This document shows, piece after piece, positions 1 through 10,428 of a stretch of 22,113 bases of DNA. The first letter of the stretch is position 1. Each line of letters opens with the position of its first letter. The stretch comes from Seison nebaliae (lineage: Eukaryota), in NCBI GenBank assembly GCA_023231475.1, contig JALJEE010000232.1, positions 62,001 to 84,113 of the forward strand, given 5' to 3'. The position numbers and the translations under genes are program-made. The notes under the pieces were generated by a model. It saw only the letters and a list, made by a program, of their open reading frames with translations. It had not been told where the DNA came from and made no database searches.

Positions 1-3000
1 ATGTTTTCCCATCTGAACCGCAAATCGGCATATATTCCATTGTACAAACTGGTGATTTGCAATCATCTTTAACGCAAGTTTTACAACAATCTTCGGAATT
101 CTTTTTCTTTAATACATAACCAGCCATGCAGTGAGGTAGAAGACATGCATACGGATCACAGTCTAAAGAAATAATTGGTAATATGATAAATAAACCGTCA
201 TGAGACGTATTTGATGCTTATCAAAAATTATTCAAACCGCATGCTACTTCCTTGGCTACTGTGATTTCTTTTCCAGTGGTACAAGCTGCGTTATCTAGAA
301 AACATTTGTTCGAATAAGTTTTCCCATCACTACCACAAACAGGGTCGTGGATCGTCGCGCAGAGTCTCATACATAATCGAGGTTCTTTTAATAAAATCGA
401 TTAAAATATTTTTTTAAAATTAAATTCGAGAAATTGAAGAACCTTGACAAAACATCATATCCTTCAGTGTAAGGAAAGGTAATTTACATTGAGCAATCTC
501 AAACAGACATTCATTACTATAAATTTCTTTATCCGAACCACATACCGGTTTATTTATTTTAGGACATGGTTTATCACATTTTCTTTTTCTACATGATTGG
601 CAACACTCTCCTGGTGGATAATAGGGTTCAGCATCAATTTCACACATTGCCGCCACACATCTGACTACTCTACAATCCATAATGCATGTTGGACAACATT
701 GACCATTTGACGGAGGAATTGGATTTGGGCAAAAAACTTGGGCGCATTTAACAGTGTTACAATTAGTTTCCGTAGATGGACAATAAAATTTCTTTGTCTC
801 ATGATACTTCAAACAATTGCCCCTACATGAATTCTGGAGGAATAATTCAATTTATAATTATAGAATTTGAAATAAATTAACTGAGCAAATTCTCTTATTT
901 TGAAATAGTTTAACACATTTGGCATCCGGTTGTGGACATGGTGCTCGGATGCACATGATAACTTGTTGAATACAACCATAACCAAACGGACAGGATAAAG
1001 CGGCACATCCAGGTGGTAAGGTACTTGTTTCTTCTTTATGATATTGAAAATATTAATTCTTATAGAAGAAAAGAATTAACGGCATTTAGACATAGGTACT
1101 TTTTTTAATTTTTTGTTTTTGCATTTGGCATTTTTGAGGAAACAGCCATTAAAATATATTTTTCCATCATTACCACATACTTCTTTTTTTCGAGGATTAC
1201 ATGATTGCTCACAAGTTCCACCTTCCATAATTTGTCGGTTAGAAATGAAAATGGGAATTTATTTCAAAATTAATCAAATTCAATTAGACTGAAATGTTAA
1301 CTGCATGATCCTCTTCGATCAATCCAAATTCGATTTTTCGTACAACGTCGTAATTGATAGAACATACAATAATTATAATAGTTCTTACCATCTGTACCAC
1401 AAACAATTTTCTCCTTCTTCCTCGCACATTTAGCAGCGGCTGCTGAACATGATTCTACACATGTTCCATCATAATACCATATCGTCTTCTTCTTGTCACA
1501 TTCACGAGCTTGGTCAAATAGACATCTATTCGAATAAGTTCTATCACTAGCACATACCGGTTTAGCTTCGCGTGTACATTTCTTAGGACAATCGGCATCT
1601 ATAAAAAAATGTTATAATTTTCAATTTAAAATTTGGAAATCTTTTTAACTTGGACAACTTCCCAACGTTAATTCTTTGACATCACATTTGGCATTATCAA
1701 ACATACATCTGTTTCCATAAATGTTGCCGTTCGTGTCACATACCGGTCGACGTTCTTTTGTGCACACCTTCTTCTCACATGGAGGACAAGCCATTTTCGT
1801 GCACATTAACTTACCATTCGAACATGAACATGTGTTGCAATCTACTTTAATCGATCCACCATGAACTATCTCGTTTCCACCTTGTTGGCATGGTTTGTTG
1901 CCTAATTAACAAATTAACAAATTTTGAAAATTACGAAAATTTCGCCAAACCTTGACATGATCCCAATTTTAAATTTTTATTATCACATTGGGCATTTTCA
2001 AAGACACAATTATTTGAATATTGTTTACCATTCGTATCACAAACTGGTCGTAAAATTTTTGGACATGGTTTCTTACAAGGTGGACAAGCCATCATTGTAC
2101 ATCTGAGCATACCATTAGAACAAGAACATGTATTACAATCAACTTTTGTCGATCCACCATGTGGAACAATTTCATCACCATTTCTGCAGGATTTATTATC
2201 TAAAAAAATATAAAAATGATAAATGTCCAAATTCATCGAACCTCCACATACACCCAGTTTTAAATTTTTGTTGTCACATTGGGCATTTTTAAAGACACAT
2301 TCATTTGAATATTGTTTTCCATTCGTATCACAAACAGGATCAAAAACTTGGAAACATCCTGTTTTACATGGTGGGCAAGCCATCAATGTACACGCTGCCA
2401 TTCCATTCTTACAAGAACATGTATTACAATCAACTTTCGTTGATTCACCATGAGGTATTTCTTTTCCATCAATTATGCACGATTTTCCTTCTAAATTATT
2501 AATAAATATAATAATAAATATTAGTAATGAATTTGAATTAAACCACTTTGACAGAACGACATCTGTTTCACTGTCAACGATTTTTGGACACATCTTTTTT
2601 GATTGGAAAACATACAACGATTTCCGTAGATTTTTTTATCAGAACCGCAAACTGGTCGGTTAATTTTTGAACATGGTCGAAAACATCCAACTTTGCACGG
2701 TCCTTCATTAGCAAAATCGAGAGAATTATCATCACAATCTTTCTTTTTATATAACATACACAAATTGCCATACGTTTTACCATCCGATCCACAAACCGGT
2801 TTCAATTCTCTAGTGCAAGCAGCATTACAATCTATACAAATAAAAGATTCTTTTCTTTTCAATCAATATTCAAACTTGGACATGAAGGACAACATGATCC
2901 ATGACGGACGTAAGGTTGTGCATTATTAGGACAATGAGGCAAAGCACACATTTTCATTGCACATCTTATTTTACCATCAAAACATCCACAACTATTGCAA

Positions 3001-3993
3001 GGAGTATCTTGAAAAGACCATTCACCGTAACATTTCGAATTTGCGTTGCACATACCATTCTTCGCTTTCTTTTGTGATTTACAATTCATTTCACATGAGT
3101 TTCGGTAAGTGACACCATCTTTCCCACAAACTGCTTTCATCGGAAGTTTGTCACATTTAGAACAAGATTTACCGTCTAAAAATTAAAATTAAAATATGAG
3201 AATATAAAATAGATGAGGAACTGTTCTTACAGAATGTCATTGACTTTTTTGTCAATGATCGATTTCGACATTGTTTTTGATTGTCAAATAAACAATCGTT
3301 ATCGTACACTTTACCATCAGAACCACAAACCGGTTTCAGTATTTTAGTACAAGCTTTATCACATTCGTCTCGACATTGGCCATGGTGTTTAAATTCCAAT
3401 TTTCTATTGTTACAATCTCTTTCCTTATATAATAAACATAAATTGTTGTATGTTTTACCATCCGATCCACATACCGGTTTCATTTCTTTGGTACAGACAA
3501 CTTCACAATGTGGACATCCGGGACAACATTGACCTTCTTGGGTATAGGGTATATCCATATTTGGACACTGTGGCCAGTCACAGTGTATCGAATGACAAGT
3601 TAATCTGCCACTTTCACATGCACATTGTGTGCACGGCGTGACTTGATTTCGCCAAACTCCAAAACATGTTTTCGAATCACATTTGCCATCTTTCGCCTTT
3701 TTTGTTCCTTTACAATCCAACTCGCAACTAGTTCGATAAGTCACATCATCAACTCCACAAACCACCTGAGGTTTTTTAGATGAACATTCATCGATACATA
3801 AATCTTTACAAGCAATTTCTGTGCATTGTGTCAGATCTCCATTGTCACACCTACAGGTATTACAATCCACTTTGACAATTGCATTATGATCATAACGTTT
3901 ACCGTTGTAGAAACATGTATCGAATTCTAATTGGGAATAAGCGAAGACATGCAGCCAGAGAAGACTGAATGGAAATATGAGGAAAATTTTCAT
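1..3993 (-). CDS. Secreted multi-domain Cys-rich protease-inhibitor-like protein (>=15 Kazal, 4 pacifastin-like, 2 full and several partial VWC modules); 3'-truncated by the window edge
   Basis: ATG at 3993 with signal-peptide-like MKIFLIFPFSLLWLHVFA. Exons 3993-3222, 3175-2876, 2831-2544, 2490-2242, 2199-1951, 1901-1650, 1598-1302, 1221-1081, 1033-882, 833-443, 384-238 and 162-<1 join through 11 GT-AG introns into one open frame of about 1133 aa. Repeated Kazal signature C-x3-C-x7-C with (P)VCGSDGKTYxNxC, pacifastin-like DCNTCxCxNGxxxCTxxAC, and VWC CCPxC motifs. Two junctions have in-frame alternatives (acceptor 1034 vs 1031; donor 881 vs one 36 nt upstream). Confidence 0.92.
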
Positions 3994-4045
3994 TCTAGAT
4001 AAGATTGAAAGAAGGAAATATAGAAGAATTATTGTGCTCCCTTGC

Positions 4046-4052
4046 TTTTATA
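4046..4052 (-). promoter_or_regulatory. Candidate TATA box of the Kazal gene
   Basis: TATAAAA on the minus strand about 53 nt upstream of the ATG at 3993. The AT-rich background makes a chance match possible. Confidence 0.35.
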
Positions 4053-4585
4053 AGTTGCTAACTAATAGCTCAATTAATTATAAAATAAAAGGGAATTAAT
4101 GGATTTTATGTGTTAATTAACATAAGTTTTATTTAACACCTACGTAATTCATCCATTTAAACTACTTTACCATTAATACAATTGATGGCATAACTTGGTA
4201 ATTTGTTGATTTCAGCTCAATATATAGTCAATTATCAACTCCAGTCAATTTTTCAATTTATCTCGATTTTTCTAGTAAAACAAAAGTCTATTAACCAACT
4301 GGTTCGATTGAAAGAGAAAAATCTACTTTTTTCATTTTCTTTATTCGGGTATAGTTTTTATTTCTAATTTTAATTATTTCCTAACTAATTTACAGATTGT
4401 TTTAATAGGAAAGTGAGAAAAAGATCAATCAAATTCATATAAAGAAAGTCCTTCACAAAAGAATTTCATTAAGAAAAACTGGAAATTATTTAATTTCGTT
4501 AAAGAAGAGACGAGTTGTCTAATTCGTGCCAAATTTTTTTCCTAATTAAATTCCCATTGACTATTACCAATTATTTTAACTAGTT

Positions 4586-4612
4586 CAACAACAACAACAA
4601 CAACTACTACTA
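4586..4612. repeat. Compound microsatellite (CAA)6(CTA)3
   Basis: Read directly from the sequence, downstream of the eIF3h stop codon. Confidence 0.8.
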
Positions 4613-4738
4613 AATTTACAGTGAGAATTAATAGTAAATAGGAAATTGATTCGATCCATTAAAATTTTATTTTGAAAAGAAAATGGAAAGACAAAGAATA
4701 TTTCATTCATTGTCACCAATTGATAAGGATTGTGATGA

Positions 4739-6008
4739 CTAATTTGATTTTTTGACTAATCCACCAGCTCCCGCAATAAATAACTTTATTAAATTTTGAA
4801 TAACATATGACTGATATTCGTTGACACATAACTGACAAAAGAGAAAATATTATATGAATGATTGAGAGAAGAATTGAAGAACTTTCGCTTGGAATCCCAC
4901 GAATAAAATATCGAGATAACTGGCTTCGGTTGGAGCCGGAAATTCCTGATTCAATTCCTCTGTCGTTGGAATTGGTTTCAATTCTTCTCCATTATTCTCT
5001 CGAATTGCATTTTCTTGTTCCTATTTCGAAAGAAATTCGATTAATTATTTCAATTGTCAATTAGAGAATTGTTAACGATTCGTTTCAATGTATTCTGCTT
5101 TCCTGCCAATTGTTTCCTTAATTGTCGATAATAATTGAGGAATTTGTTCGTGTCTTGTGACAAGACTTCTAAAGATCCATTAAGAAATTTTGTCAATTGA
5201 TTCACCATATCACTAAAATTAAATTTCAAAATAAATTTTAAAATTAATTTTAAAATAAATTTATGAAACCCATTTGGCAATTTGAGATGTTGATAAGAAG
5301 TGAATTTTGGATTGATCGTTTTCAATTCATGAAGTGCTAACAAATTAAGTGTGGAAGTTCGATAAATGATTGGAATCTCTTTCAATAGATGATCGATATT
5401 AACGAAATATTCTTTCGTTAAACAATCGTTCAATTTTGGGAGACGTGAAGCGGTGGCGGAAGGACGATAAGCCTTCAACCATAAAGTTCCATAACTCGAT
5501 TTCGTATGATCTAGAAATGGAATAATGAATCTGGAAGAGAAAGACAATTAGAACCGTAAGTTAAAAGTATTGTCTCTGGTGTATCTCCCATCAAACCAAT
5601 CATATCATCCAACATTCTTTTATCGACTAATTTACCAAATACGACGGAAATATATCCGCCAACTCTCACATAATCGAAATTGCAATCTTTGAAACATTCC
5701 AAATAGTCGTAAATGTAATTCTCTTCGTTCGTCTCCGAAATGAGACGAGGGAAACAATGTGTCACTTCCAAATTCTTTCCAACGAGAATTCCTGTCAGAA
5801 TTCCATCAGCTTCCATTCCAGTCGGATTCATTTGTTGCTCCTTCAAATGTGATACATAACTGTTGTGGTGAAGGATACGTAACACGACCTATTAATAATC
5901 GATTGAAATTAGAAAAGAAACAATTGAACAAACTGAAGCATCGAGAATGACATTCTCCACTAAATTATCTGTATTTTCAGTTTGTTGCAAATTCGTCGAT
6001 TCACCCAT
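4739..6008 (-). CDS. EIF3H: Eukaryotic translation initiation factor 3 subunit H (non-catalytic MPN domain), 338 aa
   Basis: Exons 6008-5934, 5888-5555, 5510-5270, 5212-5077, 5020-4883 and 4831-4739 (1017 nt, TAG stop). The spliced product restores eIF3h-type motifs: VILDASVVLRILHH, GILTG...LEVTHCFP, LLTYDHTKSSYGTLWLKAYR, EIPIIYRTS, LSQDTNKFLNYYRQ, EQENAIRENNGEE and C-terminal QNLIKLFIA. Confidence 0.9.
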
Positions 6009-6463
6009 GTTGATGGTGAGAGTTGTGGTTAATTAAAACGTGTAATTTTGATGTTTGGGAAAGGCCAAACATTTAAATTGATTCCAATTCTCCAATTATT
6101 CTCTTTTAATTTTATTAGAAATTCTCATTAGAAAAATTATTATATTAATATTTACAAAATAGTATATTTCTTATTAGAATTAATTCAAATTATTTTTTTA
6201 ATATTTTTTCTAATTTATCTCGATGTGAATTTTGATAATAAATAATAATTATTATTATTATAATTAATATTATATAATAATTAATTAGTTTAACCTGTAA
6301 ATTATTTATTTATTCTGCATCAAAAATTGAGCTTTAAATTTAAAATTTCAAAAACATCAAATCTCTCATGTATCTTCATTTAATTTAGAAGTTCTATCAA
6401 TTTTCCTAATTCAAATTTGTATCTCGTTCAAATAACAACAGTCGCTACAAAACACGAGTCGAA
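6009..6463. promoter_or_regulatory. Divergent (probable bidirectional) promoter region between EIF3H and RPL37
   Basis: Only 455 nt of very AT-rich sequence separate the two oppositely oriented start codons. Confidence 0.55.
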
Positions 6464-6951
6464 ATGGTTGGTAATATTTTTTGAATGTGTTATATGGTGA
6501 ATCTTTAAAGACTAAAGGAACAACCAGTTTTGGGAAACGACATACGAAGACACATAGTCTTTGTAAAAGATGTGGTCGATCATCGTACCATTTGCAGAAG
6601 AAGCAATGTGCCTCATGTGGATATCCTCATCGTAAAATCAGAAAATGTTTCATCAAATCTTGACAAGAATCAATATATGTTTATATTCATTTAGATAATT
6701 GGAGCGAAAAAGCAATTCGCAGACATACTACTGGAACTGGACGATTACGTCATTTGAAAGTTGTTCGACGACGTTTTAAGTTCTCAATTTTTTCATAGTC
6801 TACTTTACAAATTTTTCATTTGATACTTTTTCAAAATTTCAGGAAAGGCTTCCTCGATGGACGACAATTGTTCATGAAGAAAGTGTTGTCTAAATTGGCG
6901 GAAAAGAAATCGGATAATGGAGACGACAAGACAACCGTCCTCAAATTGTAA
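6464..6951 (+). CDS. RPL37: 60S ribosomal protein L37 (eL37), 110 aa
   Basis: Exons 6464-6466 (ATG only), 6511-6646, 6695-6779 and 6843-6951. The product [40 protein letters not shown]...[29 protein letters not shown] carries the eL37 C2-C2 zinc ribbon and the TTGTGR motif. AATAAA at 6983-6988. Confidence 0.97.
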
Positions 6952-9900
6952 ACGTGTTTCCCATTGAATAGATTTTTAATTAAATAAAATTTATATGGAT
7001 ATCGATTAGGATATGACGGTTGAAGATATTAGTCATTCGTTGGAGTTATTTCTCGTTGAATTCCTCTCTAATTTTTATGATAGTGTTAATGTCTAAATGT
7101 CAGAGATAGTGTAAAATAGAATTTTAATTAATTTGAATTGAGCGAACATAATATCATAAATTTGTCATATAAGGCAATATGCAGAAGACGGAAATATTAA
7201 GAAAGTGAAAGGAGACGATCAATTGTTCTATGTAAATTGGAATATAATCGAATCAAGACGATCGTAAGAAGATTTAAGAACGATTGACTGAACTAAAGTA
7301 ACGAGTAAAGACAGAGATGGAAGGACATTGAAAATGATGAGAATTTTATAAATTATTCGACTACTTGTCCACTAATGCTTTTCATCAATTGAAACATTGC
7401 TACTCGTTCGATGGAATGTTGTGAGAGGATTTTGTAGCGAGAGATTTTTTTTATTCTCCTGTAACGGAGTGACATATATCACTTTTAATTGTATCAGGCA
7501 ATAGATGTCAAATCGATGAATGTCATCGATATCATCTTGTTTAGAATGGAAACAATTTGCTTTTGGGAGAGTGATATATGCAAATGAAGACCAGACAAAT
7601 AATTAGTTTCGGACTATTCAATTGGAGTCGAAGTATTTGGTAGGACTAATCCTCTTGTCAATCCTGGGAGAAAAGAAGATAATTAAAGATTCAATATTTT
7701 CACATAAATTCTCTCACGTGAACAAATCAGAGGAGTACAAATGAGAATTGCTGTTCACTTTAATAATAATTTATCGATCGTTCAATGTTGCTGTTGTCCC
7801 ACCCAAAGTGTCTATAATGTGGTACTAGATAGTTCAATGAGGGGGGAGAAGACTGTTCTCGCCTAATTCCATCACTTATTGCGTCATTCTCACTCATCCG
7901 AATTTTATTTATTTTCACTTAGTTCTATTGCCAATGGAGAGAATATTCCACCTAATGATCAACTTCAATTATGGGGATTGTTTATTGCTTCGTCTCTTCG
8001 TCATCATCATCATCATCCTCATCTAGAAAAATGTCCATGAAAATCTTTCTCTTCTTATTTCCACACAACACAATTTTTAATGTGTTAGGAATAACGATTC
8101 TTTTAATTTAGGATATATGTCTCACTTTATTCTCTCCACACTCTACATAACGACATGAGATCTTAACAATCTGCTAAATTATTTAAATTTGGAAGAAGAG
8201 AAGTAGTAGATATCTCCGCCAGTCATCCAATAGTAGTTGACTCTTTCATCTTATGGAGAGGATACATGTTTCATAAACTCTTAATGAATCTACCAGTCAG
8301 TATGTTTGGAGTCGACAAACGCAATCGTTATTCTTCCGATAACATAGCTTTGGGCAGCAATCTTCACCAGTAATCTCCAACAGTTTCCGATATGTAATAA
8401 GAAATTCTATTAAATTAAATTTGTATTTATTTACCTAAAACTTGTTGGAGTGTGGGAGGGGAGGATGTTGAGGAATTACGTCTTCTCGTTAGTAGTGGAT
8501 GGAAGGAGAATCGATTTGTTACGTTAAAGGTGGGAATTTCCCATATTCTCCACTTAACGTCCAAATTTAATATAAACAGTTATGTATTGTTTAAGTAAGA
8601 CAAAAAGCTCTATTTGAAGTTATAAGATACAACTGAAGTACAGATAAACTACTTTCAACTCCGATCCATATTTATTTTGCATTTCACAGACAAATCATAA
8701 AAAATGATAGCAGCTGCATAGCCATGGAACATCATTTATTTTTCATGATGACGATAATTGAAGAATAATGCGTTTAACTAAAACAATACGGCGATAAACA
8801 ACGTTATTAGTAGTAAGGTACATAAATGTATGAACTAATGATAAAATAAACTCATTAATAGAAATTCATGGGAATCGGCAGATATCTCTTATGTGAGAAG
8901 GAAATAAACATAGATATTATTTAACGAAATTCCCTCTGTTAATTACGTAACATAGATCGGCAAACTAATTTTTTTATGTTCTTTCCACAATTTCTCCTCC
9001 ATTACTACTACCGCGTTGCATTTACGACTGGATGAGAATAGAATTTCCCCTTCAAAACAGCTCAAATAAGTCAAATTTAGATATATGAATTTTTCAACTA
9101 ACTTATACAATTTGGAAGGTTATCGATTTGTCCTATACACAAAACTACTTAATACATTTGATATTTATAAAGAGGTTAGTTCGCATTCGTATGTCAAGTA
9201 CCAGGTTCATGTCAATGGATGATGGAATATATTGCCAAATGAAATTCAAAATTTTTCCTCTCAATGGAATTATATTCATTCATCGATTATATGTATATCT
9301 TTGTCTTGTGCTCAAAAAAAAATTCCCTACAATTTTCTTTTCTGCTCAATTATTCGAATTAACAATATTAAGTTAACAGGTGGATCTGCTAACTGTTTGA
9401 TCGTTCATCTACATCGCCATCTGCCTAAGAGATGTTATTTAATCAAATGAGTCGTGTGAATGAGAAGAAATATAAAGTAAAGTTAATCGGTAAATTATGA
9501 AAAAAAGATTTACATTCTCATTTCTCATTTCCGCTAAAGATTTTTGACGTTCGTACTGAACTGTAAGTTCAATGTCTTTCCAAAAATTTCCTCTTTTATG
9601 TTTGACTAGTTAATTGGGTTTGTGACGTGAATTCGACAGGTTTCTTTTAATTGTGACGACTTTATTCAATTCGATCAATTAAGTACTGGTATTAAAGATT
9701 TGTCACGTTATCATTTGGATATTTAGATACCATTGATATGTTACTATTAAGGCTACATCATAAGAATGTAGTAGTGCAACTGATAATTCTGGTAAGTGAA
9801 AGAATCAGTAAAGAATAGTTGTTAAATGATAAGTTTTGTTCTTCGAGGAATAATTGGTATATAAGGGAAGAATCAGTGAATAGGAATGATTAGAGAATGT

Positions 9901-10428
9901 AATGGAAGAAATTATTATGTAAAGTAATATTAATATTAGTTTGACATTATACGTCGTTTATATGGTTGCCTAAACATTATTTATTGATACATTGGTAGGA
10001 CGAAGGAAAAATGAATCTGAAATAATTAAACACCTTCCCATCAATATGCTTCTTTTACTTAAGTTGAATTATATATTGATGGACTAATGTGTACATTAAA
10101 TAATAATTGGATGTCAAAAAGATGCTGGAGGGAGGACCAGCAAAAAAGATATTATTCAAAAAATTATAATTACATACAACATATTAATACGTGCATTTAC
10201 ATAATTGAGCTCCGATGATTTTAAGGAATCATTAAGTTACAAATAAACCAGTTTGCTGGTTTCTCCAAATTGTAATTGATCAGTATTTCCCTCAATTCCT
10301 CCAAATTCTCTCCAACAATTATTTGAGTGACTAAGAAAATGTTTGATAAATTTCAAATGAGTTTTTTATAATTTCTCACATTACCCAACGAAAGATATGT
10401 TTTAGGAAATTATTGTGGGAGAAGCTTT

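Noticed and set aside
1924..3641. Plus-strand ORFs at 1924, 2223, 2305, 2475, 2693, 3281 and 3450, and alternative-frame minus ORFs
   Set aside because: These are antisense or off-frame shadows of the Kazal gene exons with no independent protein features.
8167..8373. 68-codon stop-free stretch containing LFKF-GRR, resembling an amidated neuropeptide, upstream of the peptide GPCR
   Set aside because: It is immediately preceded by an in-frame TAA, with no ATG, signal peptide or AG acceptor before the motif. It is a single copy of AT-rich codons, so chance is likely.
9128..9450. Two short overlapping ORFs as possible upstream GPCR exons
   Set aside because: No recognisable motifs, and no convincing phase-compatible junction to the acceptor at 10405 could be established.
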